Shown here in pieces: positions 1 through 9,501 of a DNA stretch of 64,000 nt. The position numbers and the translations under genes are program-made. The stretch covers positions 256,001 to 320,000 of the forward strand of contig JBITAJ010000029.1 of assembly GCA_044440125.1 (NCBI GenBank), written 5' to 3'. The number at the start of each line of letters is the position of its first letter. The first letter of the stretch is position 1. Source of the DNA: Sedimentisphaeraceae bacterium JB056. GTDB lineage: Bacteria; Planctomycetota; Phycisphaerae; Sedimentisphaerales; Sedimentisphaeraceae. The notes under the pieces were generated by a model. That model was given only the letters and a program-made list of their open reading frames with translations. It searched no databases and was not told the DNA's origin.

Positions 1-1176
1 ATTTGTATACTGGATTCCGGCAGAATAGTGGCTACTATGGATATTGGCGGCCCAGGAGTTGTTGCACTCGATGGGGAGAAATATATACGTGGCACTTCTG
101 GTGCGAGCAATCAGTGCAGAGTATTTACTTCTGATGATGATGGCGACACATGGATATATAGAGCTTCTTTTCCTATGATGCATGCAAGGCCGTTTGTTGC
201 TGGAGAGAAGGTGTATGTTATAGGGCACCGCGGTGATATCGCAATATCATGCAGTGAAGATAATGGTGATAGTTGGGGTGATACTGTTAGTTTGAGTAAG
301 GGAGAGCATTGGCACGGGGCGCCGTGCAATGTGGCTTATGCTGATGGCCGCATTTATCTCGCGATGGAAATAAATACGCAGCCTGATTTTGTATATTGGC
401 CTGTCTCAAAGTTGGCTCCTGTGGTTCTGAGTGCAAAACTCTCGGATGATCTTTGTGACAGGGAGTCTTGGAGTTTTTCTGATATACATAGCTTTGATCA
501 AATGGTTGAAATACCTGAATTGTTTGGTATGCCGTTTTATAAAACAGGTCAGACGGCTCCGGGGCAGTGTGTTGATGGCAGGGGGATGTATCCTTCGGGT
601 TGGCTTGAGACAAACATTGTTCAGATTGTCGACCCTGATAACCTGCTTTATGACCCTGAGGGTAAGACGTTTCATTTGTTTCTCAGGCTCCATACAGGTG
701 CGACCAATACGGCTTGTATGTTGAAGGCTGAAGAGGATGAAGATGGCAATATTAAAGTCGGTTTTGAAAAAGCTCCTTCGGGCAGAGATATGCTGTTTGT
801 ACCATTTCCCGGCGGGCACAATAAGTTTCATATTGTCTATGATGAGGTTACTAAACTTTATTGGATGTGCTCTTCATTGTCGCGAGATTCGATGACTTCT
901 CCTGAAAAGCTATCTTCTGAACGTTTTAATCTGCCCAATAATGAGCGTGATAAGCTTGCACTTTACTTCAGTAAAAACTGTATTGACTGGTGTATGGCGG
1001 GACTAATATGCAAGGGCGATAGTCCTAAGGAGTCTCGTAATTATGCTTCATTGGCGATTAAAGGTGATAATTTATTAGTCCTGAGCAGAAGCGGTGACAG
1101 CAGAGCTAAAAGTGCTCATAACGGGAATTTGATTACTTTCCACAAGATAAAGAATTTTAGAAACCTTGTTTATTGA
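1..1176 (+). CDS. BNR/Asp-box (sialidase-like) beta-propeller protein, 5'-truncated by window edge
   Basis: Frame is open from base 1 (ICILDSGRIVATMD). Asp-box motifs FTSDDDGDTW, SCSEDNGDSW and YFSKNCIDW; C-terminal RNYAS. Confidence 0.75.
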   Translation: MCILDSGRIVATMDIGGPGVVALDGEKYIRGTSGASNQCRVFTSDDDGDTWIYRASFPMMHARPFVAGEKVYVIGHRGDIAISCSEDNGDSWGDTVSLSKGEHWHGAPCNVAYADGRIYLAMEINTQPDFVYWPVSKLAPVVLSAKLSDDLCDRESWSFSDIHSFDQMVEIPELFGMPFYKTGQTAPGQCVDGRGMYPSGWLETNIVQIVDPDNLLYDPEGKTFHLFLRLHTGATNTACMLKAEEDEDGNIKVGFEKAPSGRDMLFVPFPGGHNKFHIVYDEVTKLYWMCSSLSRDSMTSPEKLSSERFNLPNNERDKLALYFSKNCIDWCMAGLICKGDSPKESRNYASLAIKGDNLLVLSRSGDSRAKSAHNGNLITFHKIKNFRNLVY

Positions 1177-1200
1177 TTAATTGACAGAAAGAATTTTGTA

Positions 1201-2292
1201 ATGTCATCTACTGATTTTGAATTTTATTTACCTACAAGAATTATATTTGGCGGTGGCTGTTCAGAGCAGACCTTCGATCTTGACTGCGTTAAGGGTAAGT
1301 GCTGTATGCTGCTCAGTTACGCCGGTTTTAATAATACGGCTTTTATTGCCAAGCTTCAAGAGAGCTGCGGCGAGCTTATCAATGTTGATGAGTTTGAAGA
1401 GAATCCAAGTTTTTCGTTTGTGAAAAAGCTTGGAACGATGGTATCTGATAAAAATGTTGACACTATCATTGCTATTGGCGGCGGCAGCAGTATTGATTCA
1501 GCCAAAGCAGCAGCATGGCTCTCAGCTAATCCTGATTGGCAGATTGGTTCAGGCGACCAGCCTGATATACCTGAAACTTCTATTGTTGCGATACCAACAA
1601 CCTCCGGTACCGGCAGCGAGGTAACGCCTTATGCTATACTTACAGATGAGCAGACCAAGCAGAAACAGATACTCAATCATCAAGCCTTGTTTCCCAAGGC
1701 AGCGGTCTGTGATCCTGATTTTACCATTACTATGCCCAAAGGTGTTACTGTTAATACCGGTATAGATGCGCTTTCCCATTCAATAGAGGCATATATGTCA
1801 ACATCCTGTCAGGGTTTTATGTGTCAGATTGCATTGGAATCATGCAGACGCATTAAAGAGAACTTACCTTTGGTAATAGCCGAGCCATCAAATTCTGCTG
1901 CACGTGAAGCGATGATGCTTGCGGCACTTGAGGGCGGGATTGTCCTTGCAAGGTGCGGCACAGTCATGGTTCATGCTCTTGGATATTGTCTGACTGCAAA
2001 ATATGGTTATCCGCACGGATACTCAAATGCCTTACTGCTTGGCGGTTTTGTAGAAAGGCTTGCGGCTAACGGTAATCAGAGAGCTAAGGGTATAATGGAT
2101 ATTTTTGATGGTGACCTTAGCAGTTTTATTACAAGTTGCGGAATTCCAGCTTCGCTGCCTTCAGGTTCGGTTGAAAGCTCTCAGGTAGATGCATGGGTTG
2201 AATCAGGCTATAATTCCTACGGAAGAGTTAAGAGTATAACTCCGATAGAAAAGTCGGATATAAAATATATGATAGAAAAAATTATTGACTAA
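1201..2292 (+). CDS. Iron-containing alcohol dehydrogenase family protein
   Basis: GGGSSIDSAK, PTTSGTGSEVT, DALSHSIEAY and the metal-ligand His residues (VHALGY, PHGYSN). Confidence 0.93.
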   Translation: MSSTDFEFYLPTRIIFGGGCSEQTFDLDCVKGKCCMLLSYAGFNNTAFIAKLQESCGELINVDEFEENPSFSFVKKLGTMVSDKNVDTIIAIGGGSSIDSAKAAAWLSANPDWQIGSGDQPDIPETSIVAIPTTSGTGSEVTPYAILTDEQTKQKQILNHQALFPKAAVCDPDFTITMPKGVTVNTGIDALSHSIEAYMSTSCQGFMCQIALESCRRIKENLPLVIAEPSNSAAREAMMLAALEGGIVLARCGTVMVHALGYCLTAKYGYPHGYSNALLLGGFVERLAANGNQRAKGIMDIFDGDLSSFITSCGIPASLPSGSVESSQVDAWVESGYNSYGRVKSITPIEKSDIKYMIEKIID

Positions 2293-2304
2293 GGATATTT
2301 TGAA

Positions 2305-3003
2305 ATGAGAATTTACGGCGCAGGCTCAGTTGAAGAGGTCAAAAAATGTTCAGAACTTGGGGTTGTAGGTATACTTACCAATCCGCAGGGTTTCGATCAG
2401 TATTTTGGCGGCAAGATGACGCTTGAGGAAATAACAAAATCATTGGTGGAAGTTACTGATCTTCCTGTTTTCATCCAGATACACGCAGAGACCGCTGAAG
2501 GTCTTGTTGATAGAGCCCGTCAGCTGCATGCTATCTCACCACAGGTTGGATTTAAGATTATTTCCGATGTCAAGGGTTTTGAGGCTATACGACAGCTTCA
2601 GAAGGAGGGCATTGATTGTATAGCAACATGCCTATTCAGTCTTTCTCAGGCTTCTGTGGCAGCTACTGTAGGAGCATTTGGAATATGTCCTTTTGTATCA
2701 AGGGCAAGGGCTATCGGAATGGATCCTTTTGCGATTCTCAGGGATATCAAGCAGGGCTACTCTCAGCTTGAAAGGGCTCCTGAGATTATTGCGGTCAGTC
2801 TTAAAGGTGTTGGAGATATCGATCTTGCCTTGGCTGCAGGTGTTGATTCGGTTGGTATGCGATATCCTGCTATAGAAGAGATGATGCAGCATCCTTTGAG
2901 CAAAAATGCAGAGACATTGTTTGCTAAGAACTGGGCAAATATCGTTGGTGAGGATGTGAGCTATATTGACCAGAGCAAATCACTCGGCGGAGAAGCAGAA
3001 TGA
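2305..3003 (+). CDS. Transaldolase / fructose-6-phosphate aldolase family protein (divergent)
   Basis: GILTNP, Schiff-base Lys in VGFKII, LFSLSQA, PFVSR and C-terminal HPLS; length typical of the short TalC/FSA class. Confidence 0.85.
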   Translation: MRIYGAGSVEEVKKCSELGVVGILTNPQGFDQYFGGKMTLEEITKSLVEVTDLPVFIQIHAETAEGLVDRARQLHAISPQVGFKIISDVKGFEAIRQLQKEGIDCIATCLFSLSQASVAATVGAFGICPFVSRARAIGMDPFAILRDIKQGYSQLERAPEIIAVSLKGVGDIDLALAAGVDSVGMRYPAIEEMMQHPLSKNAETLFAKNWANIVGEDVSYIDQSKSLGGEAE

Positions 3004-3887
3004 GACGCATGCCGCAATTAAAGGGGTTGCTGGTTCCTCCGGTAACGCCTATGTTTGATGATAATACTCTGGATTTGCAAGGGGTAATCAATCTTTCAGA
3101 AAGATATCTTGCTTCAGAGGCTGTAGATGGCCTTTTTGCTATAGGAGCAACGGGAGAATATGCATGTTTGAGTAAGGATGAGAGACTTGATCTTATCAGC
3201 TCTCTTTCCAAGGTGAAACGTAATGGAAAGATAATAGTTGTAAACACAGGCGGTAAATCTACTGAGGAGACGCTTGAATTAAGCAATTCAGTAAAAGAAC
3301 ATAAGCTTGATGCGATTGCTGTTGTAGTTCCGACACATATTGAGGATACGATTGAAGCAATGCTTGAGTATTATGGGCTTGTTAACGAGATTGGTCTGCC
3401 GTTTATGGTATATCGTCCGCCGTTTATTACTACTCATCAGCTCTCTGAAGAGCTGGTAGGTTCAATGATGAAATTTGAAAACTTTGTCGGCCTTAAAGAC
3501 AGTTCAAGGAATATGGAGCTGTTTGCTGCTCTTTGCGCAAAATTCGGTGACCAGATAAGTATATTCCAGGGCGTTGAGATGCTTCATCTGCCGTCACTTG
3601 CATGTGGAAGTGCCGGGACTGTCGGCGGGGGGCTCAACATATATCCCGGCCTTATTGCTGATATAACTAATGCATTTGATGCTCATGATATTTCCAAAGC
3701 AATCAGGATTCAAAGTTATGTAACAGGTCTTTGGAGCAAACTCAATCCTGACGGCAGTTTCCGGTGGCGGTTTAAGCACCTTTGGAAACAGCTTGGTGTT
3801 ATTGAAGGCACTCATTGCCGTATTGGTGATTCTATAAATATAGATTCCGATGAGATGAAGATGCTTGAAGATATGATGGCTTTTTGA
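3000..3887 (+). CDS. DHDPS/N-acetylneuraminate lyase family class I aldolase
   Basis: PVTPM, GATGE, catalytic Tyr (MVYRPP) and Lys (GLKDSS). Confidence 0.9.
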   Translation: MRRMPQLKGLLVPPVTPMFDDNTLDLQGVINLSERYLASEAVDGLFAIGATGEYACLSKDERLDLISSLSKVKRNGKIIVVNTGGKSTEETLELSNSVKEHKLDAIAVVVPTHIEDTIEAMLEYYGLVNEIGLPFMVYRPPFITTHQLSEELVGSMMKFENFVGLKDSSRNMELFAALCAKFGDQISIFQGVEMLHLPSLACGSAGTVGGGLNIYPGLIADITNAFDAHDISKAIRIQSYVTGLWSKLNPDGSFRWRFKHLWKQLGVIEGTHCRIGDSINIDSDEMKMLEDMMAF

Positions 3888-3891
3888 TCAA

Positions 3892-4830
3892 ATGAAGATG
3901 ACTATGAAACGTATATTCGGTTTTGGTTCTGCTGCCGTTGATTTCAGGATAACAACGGCTGACCTTGGTGAACTCTACAAAGATAAGCTGCTTGCCAGAG
4001 AGACTGCTGCAATGGGCGGCGGAGCTTGCGCAAATTGTATGGTTCAGGCTTCAAGGCTTGGAGGCAGTGCGTATTGGCTGGGTAAGCTTGGTAATGACTG
4101 GATAGCAGAGAAGGTGTTGAGTGGGCTAAGTGATGAAGGCGTAAACTGCAATCATGTTATTCAGGATGCCAGATATTCATCACCGTTCAATCTTGCGGTT
4201 TATGCCGGAGAGTCCAGGAGAAGAGTAGGCGGTTTTCTGCTTTCCAACAGCCTCAATGAGCTTACGATTGAGGAAGTCAAACAATTGGCGTCTATTATAA
4301 ATTCTGATGATATCGTTTATATGGAGATTGGGGAGATAAAGCTTGATATATGTCTTGAGTTCTCCCGCCAAGTAAAGCAAAGAGGTGCTATGCTGATTGT
4401 AGATGTAGACCTCGATCCGGAAAAACAATGTACCGGTGAACCTGATGCTTTCCATTCTATCATGAAGCTTTCTGATGTTATAGTGCCTAATCTTGATGCT
4501 GTTAAAGGTATTACAAAGATATCTGAACCTCAAAAGACTGCAATGTTCCTGGCTAAAGAGTACTCGGCAGCTGTTATAGTTACAGCAGGCGCAGATGGAG
4601 CATATTATTCAGAAGATGGAGTTGCCGCCTTTCATCAGAAACCATTCGATACAGACTGTGTTGATACGGTAGGAGCCGGTGATGCGTTTCACGGCGGCCT
4701 TGTATTTGGACTTGCAAAGGGCCTGAATATTAAAGATTCGATAACCATTGCGGCTAAGTGCGGTGCTTATGCCTGCAGGAACTTTGGTGCAAGAACATCT
4801 ATGCCGGGATATAGTGAGATTGCCGTATGA
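3892..4830 (+). CDS. PfkB/ribokinase family carbohydrate kinase
   Basis: GGGACAN...RLG N-terminal signature and DTVGAGDAFHGG C-terminal signature. Confidence 0.93.
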   Translation: MKMTMKRIFGFGSAAVDFRITTADLGELYKDKLLARETAAMGGGACANCMVQASRLGGSAYWLGKLGNDWIAEKVLSGLSDEGVNCNHVIQDARYSSPFNLAVYAGESRRRVGGFLLSNSLNELTIEEVKQLASIINSDDIVYMEIGEIKLDICLEFSRQVKQRGAMLIVDVDLDPEKQCTGEPDAFHSIMKLSDVIVPNLDAVKGITKISEPQKTAMFLAKEYSAAVIVTAGADGAYYSEDGVAAFHQKPFDTDCVDTVGAGDAFHGGLVFGLAKGLNIKDSITIAAKCGAYACRNFGARTSMPGYSEIAV

Positions 4831-6026
4831 TCATTACGCCAATAAAAAGGTATTTCATGCTGTTATGCTGTATCATAATAGATCTCTGCCTTGGAGGTCT
4901 ATATGCATGGAGCGTGTTTGTGCCGCCGCTGATATCGCAGCATAATTATTCGGCTTCACAGACACAAAGCATCTTTGGTCTCTGCATTGTTGTAAATACG
5001 ATGACGATGATCTTTGCGGGCAGGATTCTGGATAAGCTGGGTTTCAGAGTCATGATTGTCATAACAGGCGGATTATTTATGACTGCTTACCTCTTGGCTT
5101 CTCTGTTTTGCAATAGCTATATGGTCCTGCTGTTTGCTATGGGGCTTGTTTTTGGGCTGGCGATAGGTTTTGGATATATAACAGTTCTAAGTCTGGCTGC
5201 AAGATTATTCCCCGACAAAAGCGGTATGGCATGCGGGGCTGTTGTAGCTGGGTATGGCTGCGGAGCGATTATGCTATCAAACATCGCAGAAAAAATGCTT
5301 TCTGCAGGTGATTCTGTTCCGCAGATATTCAAGCTTATAGCTATTACGTACGGAACTGCGATAATACTGTGCGGCTTATTCTTAGACTACTCAAATGATA
5401 GCACTGAATGCTCAAGAACAGAAAAATTACCTATTCCATTGTCAAGGGATCAAAAATACTGGACAATGGTGGCAGGGATGTTTGCGATTTCTTTCCCGGG
5501 TCTTATGATAATCGGAAACTTAAAACCGATTGGGCTCTCATACGGACATTCGGGTTTTGTCCTGAAGGCGTCAATGTTGATGATGGCTCTTGGTAATTCC
5601 AGCGGCAGGATAATATGGGGCGGCATATATGACAGATTCAAAAACAGGACAATACTGATGATGTTTGCTGTTCTCAATCTGTCAATGATCGTATTCCTGC
5701 TTTTATCTGCCAATAAATATGCGTATTGCTTGAGTACATTTTTTGTGGTCTTCGGCTTCAGCAGTTGTGCTGTTGTATATCCGGCAAACGTAGCTCAGGT
5801 TTACGGCGGAAGACTTTTTGCAAATGTGTATCCGCTTATAATAGTATTCCACGGAGCGGCAGGTCTGATGGCAGGTCTTGTAAGCGGACTATGCTACGAT
5901 AAATTCACAAACTATAATTTTGCGATTATGGCGGCTATATTTATTGCGGGCATGGGAATGCTGCTTCAAACTGTGCTTTGCAGGAATTGTGAAAAAGATA
6001 TAAACTATAATACTGTTCAGATATGA
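4827..6026 (+). CDS. MFS transporter, oxalate/formate antiporter (OFA)-like
   Basis: GGLYAWSVF, GRILDKLG, FPDKSGMACG and GRIIWGGIYDR; about 12 hydrophobic segments. Confidence 0.85.
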   Translation: MIITPIKRYFMLLCCIIIDLCLGGLYAWSVFVPPLISQHNYSASQTQSIFGLCIVVNTMTMIFAGRILDKLGFRVMIVITGGLFMTAYLLASLFCNSYMVLLFAMGLVFGLAIGFGYITVLSLAARLFPDKSGMACGAVVAGYGCGAIMLSNIAEKMLSAGDSVPQIFKLIAITYGTAIILCGLFLDYSNDSTECSRTEKLPIPLSRDQKYWTMVAGMFAISFPGLMIIGNLKPIGLSYGHSGFVLKASMLMMALGNSSGRIIWGGIYDRFKNRTILMMFAVLNLSMIVFLLLSANKYAYCLSTFFVVFGFSSCAVVYPANVAQVYGGRLFANVYPLIIVFHGAAGLMAGLVSGLCYDKFTNYNFAIMAAIFIAGMGMLLQTVLCRNCEKDINYNTVQI

Positions 6027-6091
6027 GTGTAATATAGTCGTGTATTGAATATTTTGTTTTAATTAACATAGTAACTTTGTAAAGGATTTAA

Positions 6092-7489
6092 GTGGATAAT
6101 ATTTCGGAAGTTAAACAGCCCCTGAGTTTTGGGCAGAAGGTAGCCTGGAGTATTGGCGGTATGGCTGATACTCTTATGTCGAATGTTCTCTTTTCTCTTG
6201 CCATTCCAATCTATTGTATTGGGATGGGGGTTGATCCGTTTTTAATTGGCATCGCTCTTGCTTTGCCGAGACTCTGGGATGCGGTTACTGATCCTGTAAT
6301 GGGTAATATCTCGGATAACACAAGAAGCAGATTTGGAAGAAGAAAGCCTTATATTATTTGCGGTACTATTGTTGCCTCCATATTATTTTGTCTGATATGG
6401 AATCCCCCAGGCTTTCTGAATGAGATTGGTTTGTTTATATTCTTTACAGTTGTATCCATATCATTCTTTACCGCTTATACAGTTTTTGCCGTACCTTGGA
6501 ATGCGCTGGGCTTTGAGCTTACAACCGACTATAATGAGCGAACAAAGGTTATGGCATATAAGGGATTTCTTGCAAGTTTAGCTTGTGCACTAATTCTTCC
6601 TTTGCCATATAAGCTTTCCTTGTTACCTGTTTTCGGTAACGATGAAGTTGAAGGTATAAAGATAGTTGGCTTAATGTTTGCGGCAGTTATGCTTGTCTTG
6701 GGTATTATACCTGGAATATTCTGTAAAGAGGTTGCTAAAGAGAATACTCAAAAACAGGAAAAAATAAAACTTTTGACTGCGATCAAAGAAACTTCGCAAA
6801 ATAGACCTTTCTTGCTGATCTGCGGTGTTATAATTTGTGTTATTACTGGCGTATATTTACTTATGCCGCTTGGTTCATATCTGATGATCTATTATCTATA
6901 TGATGGAGTTAAGTCGGATGCGGCAACTCTTATGATGCTTGGACAATTTGTTTACAATGGTCTTGGTTTGGCTATTATGCCGGCAATTGTGTGGGCCTCA
7001 AAGAAATTCGGCAAAAGAATTACGTTGATGGTGGGGTTGTCTCTTGTTGTTTTAGCTTATCCACTTACTCTTATTACTTATAATAAGGATTACCCATACC
7101 TTGTTTTAGTGGGTTCTTTTCTGACCTGTCCGGGACTCTCATGTGTTTGGGTTCTTACATCCTCAATGCTCGCAGATGTATGTGATTTGGATGAGCTTAA
7201 GACCGGGCTTCGCCGTGAAGGTATGTATGGAGGGATTTTTACGTGGGTATTTAAGCTGGGGTTGACTGTTGCTATGGCTGTCAGCGGACTTGTTGTCAGA
7301 TATTCAGGTTTTGATCAGGATCTTTCTCCTCTGGAAAATTCTGATGCCCTGTGGTTTATGAGGCTTTGCAATGCTGCGGTACCTACCATGTTTATGCTGA
7401 CTGCATTGATCTGTGCATTTTATTATCCACTTACCAGAGCCAAAATGAAGGAAGTAAGAGAACAGCTTGACAGCAGAAAGAAAGAATAA
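6092..7489 (+). CDS. Glycoside-pentoside-hexuronide (GPH/MelB-like) sugar:cation symporter
   Basis: WDAVTDPVMGNISDNTRSRFGRRKPY, ELTTDYNERT and DLDELKTGLRREG. Confidence 0.92.
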   Translation: MDNISEVKQPLSFGQKVAWSIGGMADTLMSNVLFSLAIPIYCIGMGVDPFLIGIALALPRLWDAVTDPVMGNISDNTRSRFGRRKPYIICGTIVASILFCLIWNPPGFLNEIGLFIFFTVVSISFFTAYTVFAVPWNALGFELTTDYNERTKVMAYKGFLASLACALILPLPYKLSLLPVFGNDEVEGIKIVGLMFAAVMLVLGIIPGIFCKEVAKENTQKQEKIKLLTAIKETSQNRPFLLICGVIICVITGVYLLMPLGSYLMIYYLYDGVKSDAATLMMLGQFVYNGLGLAIMPAIVWASKKFGKRITLMVGLSLVVLAYPLTLITYNKDYPYLVLVGSFLTCPGLSCVWVLTSSMLADVCDLDELKTGLRREGMYGGIFTWVFKLGLTVAMAVSGLVVRYSGFDQDLSPLENSDALWFMRLCNAAVPTMFMLTALICAFYYPLTRAKMKEVREQLDSRKKE

Positions 7490-7497
7490 GGTAAAAC

Positions 7498-9471
7498 GTG
7501 TTGGATTGGAAAAAAACAGTTAGTTTAGATGATCAGCTTTCTATTGTTGAAGACGGCGTAAGCGAATATTCAATATATGCAGAGAATGAGCCTACATTAC
7601 GTTTTGCAGCAGAGCAACTGCAAAGTTATATTCAGCAGATTAGTGGTGCTCATCTTCCGATAGTTGACGAATTCAACGAAGATGGCTGTTTTATTGTTCT
7701 TGCTAAATCAGATTCAGAACTTATAAAGCCATGTTTGCAGATTCAGGAATTAGAGTATGATGGTTTTTGTATCTGGAATGAAAGTAAGAATATATATATA
7801 ACCAGTAATTATCCGCGTGGTGTTCTTTTTGCCGTATATGAATTCTTAGAGCAGCAGGGGTGTGTTTTTGTTCAGGCGGCGGGGATAGGGGAGTTTGTAC
7901 CTGAATTGAGGAATATATTTTTCTGTGACACTATTTTCCAGAACCCATCTCTTGAACTAAGGGGGATAACACAGGCTCCGCTTGAGTTTACGCAGGAATG
8001 GGTTGATGAATATTACAGGATTATTGATAATGCTGCTAAAAATAAAATCAATTCAGTTTTTATTCATTGCAAACTGGAGCTTGAACTTACTGGTATAACA
8101 TCTGTTATATCTGATGAGATTAAAAAGAGAGGGCTTGTATTAGAAATAGGCGGCCATGGTGCTGAAAAGTTTATAAACAAAGATCTCTTCGAACAGAAAC
8201 CTTACCTCTTTAGAGAAAAAGATGGGCGGCGAACACAGACGGGTAATATCTGTTCGAGTTCCGTTGAGGCGATGGATATAATTTCTCAAAACTTAGGAGA
8301 TTATTTTAAACGTAATGAAAATATTGATATATTGCATTGCTGGTTTGAAGATGTTGAGGGAGGAAGTTGGTGTTCTTGCCAGCAGTGTAAAGAGGTTACT
8401 CCGATAAATCAGCAGTTTAATGTACTTAGTAAAATAAGCAGCAATATAAAAAAGGTCTACCCTGATAAGCATCTGGATATGCTTCTTTATCATGATACAA
8501 TAATAGGTATCAGTGATCTTGATGTTGATAATGAACAGGGTATTTATGGCTTTTTTGCTCCTCGTGAACGATGCTATGCTCACAGCCTCGATGATCAAAA
8601 TTGTCCGTTAAACAGGAGATATTTTCATGCATTGAAGGATACTGTATCTATCTTTGGGGAAGATTACAGCTATATATTTGAATACTACGGCGACTTGATA
8701 TTATACGTTAAAAATAAGACGATTTTTTCCAGAACTATTGCCGGTGACATAAGGGCGTATGCAAATAACGGAATACGCAAAATGACAACCTTGTGTTTTG
8801 GAGCTTATTCTGTTTGGGCATATCCGGTTAATATTTTTACTTACGCAAAACATTGCTGGAACAGTGATCTTGATGTCAATGGAACAGTAAAACTCTTTGC
8901 GAAAGGGCTAAGACTTGATGGGGATGATTATATTGAGTATCTGGAGCTTGTGCAGCGGGCAGATTCTAAAACCTATGCTTTTTGCGGATATGAAATGCAG
9001 TTTGGTGATATTCGCGTTCTACCGGTTGAGCCTTTAAAGTATTATGGAGAGCATGTTAGCAAAATCAAGGAAGCGTTGCAATTACTTTCCCAAGCAGAGG
9101 GTGTTCTTGAGCGTATAGCAGAGGGGATTGCTCCTGAAATCTCTGATTATCTGAAATACGAAAGTATTATGCTTAAAATAACGAAACTTGAGACAGAGTC
9201 AATTTATTACAGGATGCATGCACGATATCTTAATAAGATTGATGCAGGAAGTGTGAGTAAGCACGAATTGGCTAAGTGCTGTAAGAAAGTGATCGATTTG
9301 CAGAATGAAATGAAAAGCATAATCCAAGATGTGCCGTTGGAAATTAAAGGCACAGTAGGCAGCAAGACCTTCCCTGTACATTTGTGTAGTGAACAGATTG
9401 ATATAATGCGGGATGTAATAGAAAACGAATTGGGGCTGGATTTTGTCAGGGATATTGAGCAAAAATATTAG
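7498..9471 (+). CDS. DUF4838-type putative glycoside hydrolase
   Basis: N-terminal domain of GH20/GH67 type (AAEQLQSYIQQISGAHLPI, RGVLFAVYEFLE) and WCSCQQC motif. Confidence 0.7.
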   Translation: MLDWKKTVSLDDQLSIVEDGVSEYSIYAENEPTLRFAAEQLQSYIQQISGAHLPIVDEFNEDGCFIVLAKSDSELIKPCLQIQELEYDGFCIWNESKNIYITSNYPRGVLFAVYEFLEQQGCVFVQAAGIGEFVPELRNIFFCDTIFQNPSLELRGITQAPLEFTQEWVDEYYRIIDNAAKNKINSVFIHCKLELELTGITSVISDEIKKRGLVLEIGGHGAEKFINKDLFEQKPYLFREKDGRRTQTGNICSSSVEAMDIISQNLGDYFKRNENIDILHCWFEDVEGGSWCSCQQCKEVTPINQQFNVLSKISSNIKKVYPDKHLDMLLYHDTIIGISDLDVDNEQGIYGFFAPRERCYAHSLDDQNCPLNRRYFHALKDTVSIFGEDYSYIFEYYGDLILYVKNKTIFSRTIAGDIRAYANNGIRKMTTLCFGAYSVWAYPVNIFTYAKHCWNSDLDVNGTVKLFAKGLRLDGDDYIEYLELVQRADSKTYAFCGYEMQFGDIRVLPVEPLKYYGEHVSKIKEALQLLSQAEGVLERIAEGIAPEISDYLKYESIMLKITKLETESIYYRMHARYLNKIDAGSVSKHELAKCCKKVIDLQNEMKSIIQDVPLEIKGTVGSKTFPVHLCSEQIDIMRDVIENELGLDFVRDIEQKY

Positions 9472-9501
9472 ATTGTAACATCAATACATAATGGAGGCAA
9501 A

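Noticed and set aside
1201..4830. Sulfoglycolysis (sulfo-TAL or sulfo-EMP) assignment
   Set aside because: Transaldolase, PfkB and ADH are suggestive, but no sulfoquinovosidase or SQ isomerase is visible and the transaldolase residues are atypical.
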